Counted from the stretch's first letter, positions 38,221-47,282 are shown. The stretch: DNA of 64,000 nucleotides from an uncultured virus (IMG/VR IMGVR_UViG_3300043446_000587) (IMGVR_UViG_3300043446_000587), one strand, 5' to 3'. The notes: generated from the letters alone by a model not told the origin. Numbers and translations: made by a program.

Positions 38221-38512
38221 AACACCCGAAGCGAAAGTCAAAGCTAAAGTAACTGGCATCCTCAAGGACCAAGGCGCATATTTTTTCTACCCCGTCACGG
38301 GTGGATTCGGTGCGTCTGGCATACCTGACATTGTTGGTTGCATTAACGGTCGATTTTTCGCTATCGAGTGCAAGGCAGGGGACAACAAACCCACAGCGCT
38401 TCAGTTACACAACATTAACGCAATCATGACCAGAGGTGGTTACGCACTTGTGGTCAATGAAGACAACATCAACGCAGTAGAAGGATTAATCACATGGCTG
38501 AAGACTTTGTAG
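38213..38512 (+). CDS. VRR-NUC family nuclease (resolvase-like)
   Basis: TPE.KVK, G.PD, F.AIECK, PTALQ motifs. Confidence 0.85.
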   Translation: MAKTPEAKVKAKVTGILKDQGAYFFYPVTGGFGASGIPDIVGCINGRFFAIECKAGDNKPTALQLHNINAIMTRGGYALVVNEDNINAVEGLITWLKTL

Positions 38513-38682
38513 GATGTCCAACAACACGGTGCTACCCGAGAACAATGCTTGAGGCATTCCCTGACGATGTAGAGAACGCAAAGTGGTGGTATCCACCAGA
38601 GCAAAGGTGGCAGGACAAAGCGTTCTTTGCAGTTGGCGTAGCCGCTTGGGTGGGGCTTGCTCTTTACTTCTGGTTTGCCTGA
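38494..38682 (+). CDS. Small membrane protein
   Basis: TTRCYPRTMLEAFP followed by a TM segment. Confidence 0.5.
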   Translation: MAEDFVGCPTTRCYPRTMLEAFPDDVENAKWWYPPEQRWQDKAFFAVGVAAWVGLALYFWFA

Positions 38683-38794
38683 TGGATACATTAACAAACA
38701 TCCTTGGGTTCGCCGCCCTGATGGGGATAGGCGTAGTTGTAGTTGGGGTCGTCGTGTTCCTATACATGAGGGCACTTGAAATGTTGGAGAAGAA

Positions 38795-39130
38795 ATGAAA
38801 CTGGAAGACAAGAGGCAACAAGCCCAAGAACCACCACCAGAGTGCCAAACAGAAGCAGAGAAGAAAGCATTTGCTTTTGGTTGGTGGAAGGCTATGGAAG
38901 CACAGCGAGCAGAGAAGCAAGAGCCTGTGGCGTTCGCAAGCCACGGCGTAATCAACTGGATTGCTGATCGTCAGTTTCAGCATGAGGCTGACCTATACAC
39001 CCACCCACAACCAAAGCGTGAATGGGTTGGGCTGACGGATGAGGAGATTGAAGATTTGCTTTCTATGTTTTTCACTGGAGATGAACAGATTAAAGCCATT
39101 GAAGCCAAATTAAAGGAGAAGAACACATGA
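38795..39130 (+). CDS. Hypothetical phage protein
   Basis: QEPVA...REWVGLTDEEI...AIEAKLKEKN, a common proteobacterial phage motif. Confidence 0.6.
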   Translation: MKLEDKRQQAQEPPPECQTEAEKKAFAFGWWKAMEAQRAEKQEPVAFASHGVINWIADRQFQHEADLYTHPQPKREWVGLTDEEIEDLLSMFFTGDEQIKAIEAKLKEKNT

Positions 39131-39354
39131 AGCGAGAGCAGTATGACTTCCTGATACCACCAGACCTGCCGAAAGAAGTAGCGCAAACCATGTATTACTT
39201 TCCCCACAGAACCGGAAGCAGTTTGTCGTTAGCACCTCGTGGTCCTGCAATGAACGAGTTGCCATGTATGGCGGCGCACTACGACAAAGACCGCAATCTG
39301 TTATTCACACGATTCATTTTCAAAGACGGCACTTATAAGGACGAACAAGCATGA
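39127..39354 (+). CDS. Hypothetical protein
   Basis: Part of an ATGA-overlap chain. Confidence 0.5.
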   Translation: MKREQYDFLIPPDLPKEVAQTMYYFPHRTGSSLSLAPRGPAMNELPCMAAHYDKDRNLLFTRFIFKDGTYKDEQA

Positions 39355-39593
39355 CACCAGAAGACGAAGCATTTGAAGCAATCGAAAAAGCACAGGGTTG
39401 GCGCAAGCGTCAGATTGATGCGCTTATCGAAGAGGACATGGATATACCCATGCAACAACACCGTGAAGCGTTGTCTCACGCACGAAACCAAACACTTGAA
39501 GAAGTGGCGGCAGAGATAGAAAAATTCACATTCGCGTTCGGTGTTGACACCGTCAGTAGCTTTGCGGCATTCGTGAGGGCGATGAAGCAATGA
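39351..39593 (+). CDS. Hypothetical protein
   Basis: MTPEDEAF...RNQTLEEVA. Overlap chain. Confidence 0.55.
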   Translation: MTPEDEAFEAIEKAQGWRKRQIDALIEEDMDIPMQQHREALSHARNQTLEEVAAEIEKFTFAFGVDTVSSFAAFVRAMKQ

Positions 39594-39799
39594 ATGACAT
39601 TGTATTTTTTATAGTGCCCATCGTGACTTTCTTAATCTGCGCTGGTATCTGGTGCGGTGTGCGTGAGCTGTTCAACCGATGGGTCAACAACGATTGGTGC
39701 AAGCACGAGTGGGATATGTGGTCAGGCGTGGACAAGGATTCACAAAGACAATACCGCTTCTGCAAGAAGTGCAACAAGGCTGAGCGAAGAATCCTGTGA
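39590..39799 (+). CDS. Small TM + Zn-ribbon protein
   Basis: TM segment followed by CKHEW...CKKC. Confidence 0.5.
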   Translation: MNDIVFFIVPIVTFLICAGIWCGVRELFNRWVNNDWCKHEWDMWSGVDKDSQRQYRFCKKCNKAERRIL

Positions 39800-39955
39800 T
39801 TGAAACTGTAAAGACTTACACAGGCGACACACGTTGGGTTCAGAACTCAGCGGGTGTGCGTGAACTCAGGTGTAGGGTGCGTGAATACACACTATGGAGT
39901 TGCACAAAGTGCAGTTTGTATTTTTGGTCAGAAGAGAAAGCAAAGGAGCACAAGC

Positions 39956-40174
39956 ATGACACAAGATGAAATCATTGAGATGGCTAGACAGGCGAAGCTA
40001 CCCCATTACTGGGAGACGGGCGACATTGTGTGTCTTGATGCCGTAAAAGCCTTTGCCAAACTAGTAGCAGAGCGTGAGCGTGAGGCGTGTGCAAAGCTGT
40101 GTGAAGAACGATGGAAAGATAGCCCTTGGCTTATTGAAGCGGCGGCAGCAATCCGAGCAAGAGGTGACCAATGA
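39956..40174 (+). CDS. Hypothetical phage protein
   Basis: MTQDEIIEMARQA...EREACAKLC...AIRARG with an AAGGAG RBS. Confidence 0.6.
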   Translation: MTQDEIIEMARQAKLPHYWETGDIVCLDAVKAFAKLVAEREREACAKLCEERWKDSPWLIEAAAAIRARGDQ

Positions 40175-40389
40175 AGTGTCCAGAGTGCGGCGCATGGTCA
40201 ACGGTCACATACACACGCAAGTCTGAAAATTTTGGATACACCAGAAGGAGAGAGTGTGCAAACTACCACAAGTTCACAACACAAGAAACTGTTGTCCCCG
40301 AAGAAGCAATCAAAGAGCGGCAAAGAGAAGCCGCCCTCACAAATCTCAGTAAAGGACGTGCAAAGCGCATGGCCCTTTACTCGGATTGA
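40171..40389 (+). CDS. NrdR-like Zn-ribbon protein
   Basis: MKCPECG...RRRECAN.HKFTT.E. Confidence 0.7.
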   Translation: MKCPECGAWSTVTYTRKSENFGYTRRRECANYHKFTTQETVVPEEAIKERQREAALTNLSKGRAKRMALYSD

Positions 40390-40471
40390 CGGTAAGGTGC
40401 TTCAGCGCCTACATCGTCAGGTTAGTAGAAGTCAGTATGAAGAAAGCCCTTTTTAACTCAGGAGAAGTCAA

Positions 40472-40942
40472 ATGACAAATCGTTTATTCAAACATGAACA
40501 CGTGAAATCTAAAATGGCGCGCATCCGTCGCTATGTTCTCAGCCACCCCAATACGGAGTGTGCGGCAGTGGCAAAGAAGTTCGATGTAGACCTTCAAGTT
40601 GTTTACAACGCACGTTGGACTTTGCGCAAGCTTGCCAATAAGAATATTAAAACTATTCGCCCTAAGAAGGACATTCAAATCGAAGTGTCACCTACACCTG
40701 AAGCAAAACCTGAGATGCCCGTGCAGATGGTGGACATGGTCAATCAGCCACCACACTACACCGTTGGCGGTATCGAAACAATCGACTACATCAAGGCAAA
40801 GTTGTCTAAAGAAGAGTATCGTGGCTACTTGCGTGGCAACATTCTCAAGTATGGTAGCCGTGTCGGTCACAAGGGTAGCACCGCAGAAGACGCAGGTAAG
40901 TTGGCGTGGTATGCGAAGCGTTTAGCGGAGTTGGAGGAATGA
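40472..40942 (+). CDS. HTH + DUF3310 (T7 gp1.7/SaV-like) protein
   Basis: DMVNQPPHY..GGIETIDYI...GNILKY..R..HKG..ED..K..WY. Confidence 0.75.
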   Translation: MTNRLFKHEHVKSKMARIRRYVLSHPNTECAAVAKKFDVDLQVVYNARWTLRKLANKNIKTIRPKKDIQIEVSPTPEAKPEMPVQMVDMVNQPPHYTVGGIETIDYIKAKLSKEEYRGYLRGNILKYGSRVGHKGSTAEDAGKLAWYAKRLAELEE

Positions 40943-41184
40943 GTTACAGCTCTAACACAACCACAGTCAATGTCCCAATCACTTTGAACGGGACATCCAT
41001 TACCCTTCAGGGGCACATGCAGACAGAATACATCACTCCAGACCCGATTGCAAAATATCTGACGGAGATGGAGTGGTATCGAATGAACCACCGTTGGGGG
41101 AATAAAGAATTACCCAACACATACCTAACATGGGAACAAGCAGTTGTGTATTGTTTGGTCCGTCCCTTCTTTAATCCGGAGTAA
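40939..41184 (+). CDS. Hypothetical protein
   Basis: MSYSS start, ATGA overlap. Confidence 0.45.
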   Translation: MSYSSNTTTVNVPITLNGTSITLQGHMQTEYITPDPIAKYLTEMEWYRMNHRWGNKELPNTYLTWEQAVVYCLVRPFFNPE

Positions 41185-41188
41185 TGAA

Positions 41189-41554
41189 ATGCTAGAAGGA
41201 ATCAAAATATTAATCGAGCGCCTCAACGACCCTGAAACATCAGATGACTGGATGGACATGGCGCTATCGGTGGTAAGAGAAGGCAAGCATGAAGACTACC
41301 CCGCCTTCACACCAGAAGAAGTTACCGCAGTGCATGAAGCCGTTGTGACTGCCAGACGACGTGCGTTTACTGCACGTGTGATGGGTAAGCTTTCAGGTGT
41401 GCAGGAGGAAACTTATTACATATACAAATCAGCAATGCCGAAGGCTGAGGGAGCACGGATTACCCCTACTAATAAGGTGTTGACCCCTGCGGCGATACTT
41501 AATAATTCGTTAACACTCTTGGAAAAAGAATTCAGCGCGGGAAGTAAATTTTGA
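41189..41554 (+). CDS. Hypothetical protein
   Basis: MLEGIKILIER start after GGAG. Confidence 0.5.
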   Translation: MLEGIKILIERLNDPETSDDWMDMALSVVREGKHEDYPAFTPEEVTAVHEAVVTARRRAFTARVMGKLSGVQEETYYIYKSAMPKAEGARITPTNKVLTPAAILNNSLTLLEKEFSAGSKF

Positions 41555-43428
41555 ATCTCTTAACGATTGATTTCGAGACTTACTACACAGACAAAGACCT
41601 AGGGTTCAAGCGTCAAACAACCGAAGAGTATGTGCGAGACCCTAGGTTTGAAGTCATTGGTGTAGCCGTGCAAGTTGACGATGCTCAACCAGTTTGGTTC
41701 TCAGGCAACCATGAACAGATTCGTGTGTGGCTGAAACAATTTGACTGGAAGAACAGCGCCACACTTGCGCACAACATGCTCTTTGATGGGTGCATCCTGC
41801 ACTGGCACTTTGGCATCACGCCAATGGTGTTCTTTGACACGCTATCTATGGCGCGCGCGGCTCATGGCGTCGAGGCAGGGGGTTCACTCAAAGCGCTAGC
41901 AGAACGCTACCAAGTTGGAGTTAAAGGTGAAGAAGTTGTTGAAGCCATCAACAAGCGTCGTCTGGACTTTGCGCCAGATGACCTTGCACGTTATGGTGAG
42001 TATTGTCGCAATGATGTGCGCTTGTGTTATGACATTTTTAACCTGATGCGCCCTAGCTTCAACATGGAAGAGTTGAAGCTCATAGACATGACACTGCGCA
42101 TGTTCACCCACCCACAGCTCTACATCGACGAAGAGACTTTGAACGAGCGCCTTCAGAACTTGCAGGAAGAGAAGCTTGAATTGTTGGGTGCACTCAAAGA
42201 GAAGCTCAAGTGCGAGACCGAAGAAGAGGTTCGCAAGAAACTTTCTTCCAACAAACAGTTCGCTGAACTGCTGACTGAGTTTGGCATTCAAGTGCCCATG
42301 AAGTTTAGCGAGAAGCAGAAGAAGGATGTGCCAGCCCTAGCCAAGAAGGACGAAGGGTTTATTGCACTGACCGAACATGATGACCCGTTCATTCAACAGT
42401 TGTGCGCAGTGCGTCTGGGCACGAAGTCTACGCTTGAAGAAAAGCGTATCGAACGATTCATCGAGATTGGGCGACGCAACAAGGGAGCGATTCCCGTCCC
42501 CCTGAAGTATTACGGAGCACACACGGGTCGATGGTCAGGCACTGACAAGATTAATTTCCAGAACTTGCCGAGCCGAGACAAGAAGAAGAAAGCACTCAAG
42601 AACGCTATCGTGCCGCCCGATGGTTATCTGGTGATGAACTCTGACTCGTCACAGATTGAAGCCCGTATGGTTGCATGGTTGGCGGGGCAGGATGATGTTG
42701 TTGAACAGTTCGCACGTGGGGAGGATGTTTATTCCCTATTCGCTAGTGCCGTCTACGGACGCACGATAACCAAAGCGGACGCTGAACAACGCTTTGTGGG
42801 AAAGACCTGCATCTTGGGATTAGGTTATGGCACAGGTGCGGCGAAGCTCCAACATACCCTGGCTACATCTCAACCCATATCCGTAAAGATTGATTTAGAA
42901 GAATCCAAGCGTATCGTGGGTGTGTATCGGGACAAGAACCACGCAATCATTGACTTGTGGGCAGAGGGTGACCGCATGCTTGAAGACATGATTAATGGGA
43001 ACGCAACCGAGCCACGACCGTTCGGTCTGCACAAGGCGGTGTTCTACGACAACGATGGAATCATCCTGCCCAACGGTCTACGCATCCGCTATAAGAATCT
43101 ACGCAAAGAGTGGAACGACGAGGACCAGAAGCTCAAGACGGTCTACGACTCTCGCAAGGGTCAGGTGTCTATCTGGGGTGGAACAGTTGTTGAGAACGTG
43201 GTTCAGGCGCTAGCGCGTATCGTTGTCGGTCACCAGATGGTGAACATCAATGAAACATATCGCGTGGCATTGACAGTCCATGACGCAGCGGTAATCGTTG
43301 TGCCCGAAGACGAACGAGAGCAAGCAGAGCAATTAGTAACTGGCCTCATGTCCGTCCCGCCGGAGTGGGCGCAGGGTTGCCCCGTCGCATGTGAAGCCAA
43401 GATTGGAGCAACCTATGGCGACTGCTAA
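41551..43428 (+). CDS. DNA polymerase, family A (3'-5' exonuclease + polymerase)
   Basis: Exo motifs DFET, HN..FD and Y...D. HTGRWSG, motif A DSSQIEAR, motif B RFVGKTCILGLGYG, motif C VHD. Confidence 0.93.
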   Translation: MNLLTIDFETYYTDKDLGFKRQTTEEYVRDPRFEVIGVAVQVDDAQPVWFSGNHEQIRVWLKQFDWKNSATLAHNMLFDGCILHWHFGITPMVFFDTLSMARAAHGVEAGGSLKALAERYQVGVKGEEVVEAINKRRLDFAPDDLARYGEYCRNDVRLCYDIFNLMRPSFNMEELKLIDMTLRMFTHPQLYIDEETLNERLQNLQEEKLELLGALKEKLKCETEEEVRKKLSSNKQFAELLTEFGIQVPMKFSEKQKKDVPALAKKDEGFIALTEHDDPFIQQLCAVRLGTKSTLEEKRIERFIEIGRRNKGAIPVPLKYYGAHTGRWSGTDKINFQNLPSRDKKKKALKNAIVPPDGYLVMNSDSSQIEARMVAWLAGQDDVVEQFARGEDVYSLFASAVYGRTITKADAEQRFVGKTCILGLGYGTGAAKLQHTLATSQPISVKIDLEESKRIVGVYRDKNHAIIDLWAEGDRMLEDMINGNATEPRPFGLHKAVFYDNDGIILPNGLRIRYKNLRKEWNDEDQKLKTVYDSRKGQVSIWGGTVVENVVQALARIVVGHQMVNINETYRVALTVHDAAVIVVPEDEREQAEQLVTGLMSVPPEWAQGCPVACEAKIGATYGDC

Positions 43429-43876
43429 ACAAATACCTTATGGCACACTGGCTAATGTTAGCGACGAACTGCGCCACGCCTATTACTATTTCCACAGAGA
43501 AGAAAAGTTGCCACCCCTGCCTGAAGTGCCTATCGAGAGTGACAGATACGAGCAGGACTTTTCTAGCAAACATGACGGGCTAGTGTTCTGGGATGCGGTG
43601 AACGGCATGTTGAGCACAAGAGAGCGGCAAGTAATCTACATGCGCTATTGGCAAGACATGTCACTAGAGAGCGTAGCCATGCACATGCGGCTGACCCGTG
43701 AGCGTATCCGTCAGATTGAAGCGAAAGCTTTTCGGCGTATCAAAATGCACATCGTTTACGCCAACCAACACATGTATGAACTCAGGAAAATACCTCACCC
43801 ATACAAGAAACTTTATCCCACCAACCGTAACCTAGACCTAAGATTTGCTGAATTCTGTTACTATTTCGAAGACTAA
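43415..43876 (+). CDS. Sigma70 region-4 domain protein
   Basis: LSTRERQVI..RY....SLE.VA....LTRERIRQIEAKA. Confidence 0.8.
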   Translation: MATAKQIPYGTLANVSDELRHAYYYFHREEKLPPLPEVPIESDRYEQDFSSKHDGLVFWDAVNGMLSTRERQVIYMRYWQDMSLESVAMHMRLTRERIRQIEAKAFRRIKMHIVYANQHMYELRKIPHPYKKLYPTNRNLDLRFAEFCYYFED

Positions 43877-43898
43877 ACAACTCAGTAAGGATTCAGTA

Positions 43899-44558
43899 AT
43901 GGAACAAATCAAGTGGTCGTACTCCGGCCTCAAAGACTACATAAACTGCCCAAAGCAGTATCACGAAGTGAAGGTTCTCAAGAACTTCACCAAAGCCCCC
44001 ACCCAACAGATGCTCTACGGGACACAGGTCCACAGTGCGCTAGAAGACTATGTTGGCAAAAAGACCCCATTGCCCAAGAACTACGAACAGTTTGCGGAAC
44101 AGCTTGACCCGTTGGTCGAGATGGAGGGCATCAAGTATCCCGAACATCGCATGGCAATAACATTCGACAAGAAGCCCTGCACATTCGGGGCAAAGGATTA
44201 TTGGGTGCGCGGTATCGCTGACCTGTTGGTAATCAACGGCGAGAAGGCGTTCATCGTAGACTACAAGACTGGGTCCAACAAATACCCTGACCTGAAACAA
44301 TTACAGCTCATGGCGCTGATGACCTTTGCGCATTTCGATCAGGTGCAGACCATTCACGCGGGCTTGCTCTTTGTGATGCACAAGCATTTCATTCCTGATA
44401 CCTACACCCGTGACCGCATCGACGACTACTGGAAAGACTTCTGGTGGAATCTTGAGCGCCTGCAAAACTCATACGACACGGGCACATGGCAAGCAAATCC
44501 AACGCCTCTGTGTGGCTGGTGTCCCGTCCGAACCTGCGAATACCATAAAGGAAAATAA
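43899..44558 (+). CDS. Cas4/RecB-like PD-(D/E)xK exonuclease
   Basis: CP...G..VH...E...GIAD...DYKTG...QL...C..C....C (four Cys). Confidence 0.85.
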   Translation: MEQIKWSYSGLKDYINCPKQYHEVKVLKNFTKAPTQQMLYGTQVHSALEDYVGKKTPLPKNYEQFAEQLDPLVEMEGIKYPEHRMAITFDKKPCTFGAKDYWVRGIADLLVINGEKAFIVDYKTGSNKYPDLKQLQLMALMTFAHFDQVQTIHAGLLFVMHKHFIPDTYTRDRIDDYWKDFWWNLERLQNSYDTGTWQANPTPLCGWCPVRTCEYHKGK

Positions 44559-44809
44559 TGGAATCTCAAACTTTAATTGACTACGCCTATCCGATGATGC
44601 GGATTGAAAAGCTTCTAAAAGACATGCACAATGACCTTCTTGAAGGCGACATGACTGAAGCCCAACACAAAGCCAACATCCTGATTGCCGAAACCAAAAT
44701 TTTATTGAACACTCTTGTAATCATGCAAGAAAAGGAAAGCCAACATGCCATACGTCAACAAGCCCCGACCCTACAAGAAAGAGTATCAGCAACAGAAGGA
44801 GCGGGGTGA
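44558..44809 (+). CDS. Hypothetical protein
   Basis: IDYAYPMM.IEK. Abuts the nuclease gene. Confidence 0.5.
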   Translation: MESQTLIDYAYPMMRIEKLLKDMHNDLLEGDMTEAQHKANILIAETKILLNTLVIMQEKESQHAIRQQAPTLQERVSATEGAG

Positions 44810-45056
44810 ACACGAACGTCGCATGGAGCGCCAGCGCGCACGTCGAGCGATTGACAAGCGTGACACTGGCACTGTGACTAAAGAATCTCCTAGACGCAAA
44901 GGCAAAGATGTTGCACACGTCGTCGCGCTCGACAAGGGTGGTACAAATAAAGACGGTACATACATCACAAGCGCCGCCGCAAATCGTTCTTTCAGACGCG
45001 ACTCTAAGGGTAACCTCGTATCTGAAACAAGCAAAAAAGAACGAAAAAGAACTTGA
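44745..45056 (+). CDS. HNH-like small basic protein
   Basis: RPYKKEY...GKDVAH..AL.KGG.N...NRSF. Confidence 0.7.
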   Translation: MPYVNKPRPYKKEYQQQKERGEHERRMERQRARRAIDKRDTGTVTKESPRRKGKDVAHVVALDKGGTNKDGTYITSAAANRSFRRDSKGNLVSETSKKERKRT

Positions 45057-45080
45057 CAAATAAAAAATCGGACTTATCAT
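45053..45080 (+). promoter_or_regulatory. Sigma70-like promoter for the ncRNA cluster / helicase operon
   Basis: TTGACA-16-TATCAT. Confidence 0.6.
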
Positions 45081-45114
45081 AGTATTCAGTGCTTGGTTTG
45101 CTTTGCTGAGTACA

Positions 45115-45236
45115 GGCCATAAGGTGTGAGTGGGCCAGAGGTTTAATTGCGCCTCGTAACCGCATCAGTCAATCGGTGGTTTAAATCCTCCCTTTCGCCG
45201 CGACAGGATTGACTGACAACCCGGAAAGACGGGTAC
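45115..45236 (+). ncRNA. C4-antisense-like structured RNA
   Basis: Stems GGTGTG/CGCATC, GAGG/CCTC and CAGTCAATC/GATTGACTG, plus a 3' ACCCG-GAAAGA-CGGGT hairpin. Family assignment is from recall only. Confidence 0.5.
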
Positions 45237-45325
45237 TAACACGCATGAGTATTGTCAGGGGCTGGAAACCTCTGCGGTAGTCGCAACCTGCTGCTGTAGC
45301 AAAGGCAGTACTCAGTCGTGTTGGT
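45235..45325 (+). ncRNA. Structured RNA, long bulged stem
   Basis: ACTAACACG-CA-TGAGTATTG pairs with CAGTACTCA-GT-CGTGTTGGT, enclosing internal hairpins. Confidence 0.5.
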
Positions 45326-45544
45326 GGAAAAGGGTAACGCTATGGGACGCCATAGCTATGTTGCATCGTGAGGGCTTTGCAACTGAAACAACCTCCCACG
45401 CTCCGTTCAGGGGGAAGCACCCTGCTGATGATTGGGACACCAACAACTTGCATAAGCCGAAGGCTCGACGGTTAATCTAATCCGTCTGAGGTATCCACCG
45501 CACCAAGAAACAGAAGCGGGGACAACAAACAGTTTTGGAGAAGT

Positions 45545-47113
45545 ATGGAAGTAGTTGAAGACAGTGCAGTGCGCTTTCAGTGTCCACCTGAAATTGCGCA
45601 AGACATCACAAAGTACATCAAGAAGTCCGAGGTGCTTTCGTCGTCGAACGGTGTCGCTGATGTTGTGGTGTATTGGGGGCTTGAAGAGATGCAACGTCTC
45701 GCGCGCCTTACCCCTAGCACAATCAAAGTCCCATCCCCTATCGAGCGTGATTACAAGTGGCCCGGAATGTACACGCCTATGGACCACCAGCGAGATACCG
45801 CACGGTTTCTTTCTTTGCATCGTCGTGCGTTTTGCTTCAATGAAGCAGGCACAGGCAAAACATCAGCGGCTATCTGGGCGGCTGACTATCTGATGAATCA
45901 GGGTGTGGTGAAGCGTGTCCTAGTCATCTGCCCCCTATCAATCATGCAAAGCGCATGGCAAGCTGATCTGTTCAAGACAGCTATGCACAGAACATGTGCT
46001 ATCGCACACGGCACGAAGCGTCGTAAAGTGATTCAAGGCGGCTACGAGTTCGTCATCATCAACTATGACGGCGTGGCGGCTGAGTTTGAAACTATCAAAG
46101 CACATGGGTTTGACCTTGTCATCATCGACGAAGCAAACGCATACAAGAACCCAAGCACCGTGCGTTGGAAGGTTCTTGCCAAGATGATTAATCCAGACAC
46201 GTATTTATGGATGATGACCGGCACTCCTGCGTCTCAGTCACCCGAAGATGCTTTTGGTCTGGCGAAGTTGGTGAACCCAAACAATGTACCGAAATATAGA
46301 ACTGCGTGGAAAGAGAAAGTCATGACGCAGATTACTCGGTTCAAGTGGGTCCCAAAGTCTGATGCGCGTGACACAGTGTTTAGCGCTTTGCAACCTGCTA
46401 TCCGCTACGAGAAGGCGCAGTGCGTTGACTTACCAGAGCTGACACACCAGACACGAACAGTGCCGTTGAGTCCACAGGCGGCGAAGTATTACAAGGACCT
46501 TGTGCGAGAGATGCAGATTCAAGCCGCAGGTGAGACTATCAGCACAGTCAATGCCGCCGCCGCACTTAGCCGCTTACTTCAATTGTCGGGCGGGGCTGTC
46601 TACACCGATGATGGCAATGTGGTCGAGTTCGATGTAGCCCCACGGTTGAGCGTCTTGCATGAGGTCTTGGAAGAGTCGCCACACAAGGTGATTGTGTTTG
46701 TGCCGTACAGACACACCCTGACTCTGATAAAAAATTATCTGGACAAACACAGCGTCAGCAACGAAGTCATCTCCGGTGATGTATCAGCTAACGAGCGATC
46801 AGCAATCTTCAATCGTTTCCAAACAACGAATGACCCAGAAGTATTACTGATTCAACCGCAAGCCGCATCACATGGTGTTACTTTGACCCGTGCTGATACG
46901 GTTGTGTTCTGGTCACCCGTCATGTCTGTCGAGACATACTTGCAGTGCATTGCGCGTATCGACCGTATCGGACAGAAAAATTCTATGACAGTCATCCACC
47001 TTCAAGGGTCCGAGGTGGAACGGCGTATGTACACGATGTTGCAAAACAAAGTGGACATGCACGAACGACTTGTGGACCTGTATCGAGAAGAAATGGAGGA
47101 AATCAATGGTTGA
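45545..47113 (+). CDS. SNF2-like superfamily 2 helicase
   Basis: EAGTGKT, DEA, TGTP, HGVTL, ARIDRIGQ. Confidence 0.9.
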   Translation: MEVVEDSAVRFQCPPEIAQDITKYIKKSEVLSSSNGVADVVVYWGLEEMQRLARLTPSTIKVPSPIERDYKWPGMYTPMDHQRDTARFLSLHRRAFCFNEAGTGKTSAAIWAADYLMNQGVVKRVLVICPLSIMQSAWQADLFKTAMHRTCAIAHGTKRRKVIQGGYEFVIINYDGVAAEFETIKAHGFDLVIIDEANAYKNPSTVRWKVLAKMINPDTYLWMMTGTPASQSPEDAFGLAKLVNPNNVPKYRTAWKEKVMTQITRFKWVPKSDARDTVFSALQPAIRYEKAQCVDLPELTHQTRTVPLSPQAAKYYKDLVREMQIQAAGETISTVNAAAALSRLLQLSGGAVYTDDGNVVEFDVAPRLSVLHEVLEESPHKVIVFVPYRHTLTLIKNYLDKHSVSNEVISGDVSANERSAIFNRFQTTNDPEVLLIQPQAASHGVTLTRADTVVFWSPVMSVETYLQCIARIDRIGQKNSMTVIHLQGSEVERRMYTMLQNKVDMHERLVDLYREEMEEING

Positions 47114-47282
47114 CCCAAACAAGTTGCAGTATTTCACGACCGCCGCATGGCTAAGAGGATACGCTTCTGGGCTAGATGAGTATCAACACAAAACTCTTAT
47201 TTTTAAATTAAACCAAGCCGCAGACCTGCTTGACCACGTGTGGAGCAGATATGTGGAAGAAGAAGGGGAAAACAATGGCTGA
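47106..47282 (+). CDS. Small hypothetical protein
   Basis: GGAGG RBS, MVDPNK. Confidence 0.5.
   Translation: MVDPNKLQYFTTAAWLRGYASGLDEYQHKTLIFKLNQAADLLDHVWSRYVEEEGENNG

Noticed and set aside
45425..45450. CTGATGA resembling a hammerhead ribozyme core
   Set aside because: The following hairpin (TTGG/CCAA) is followed by CAAC, not GAAA, so the core is incomplete.
45080..45540. Possible tRNA genes
   Set aside because: No canonical D/T-loop consensus (GTTCRA) with proper cloverleaf spacing was found.
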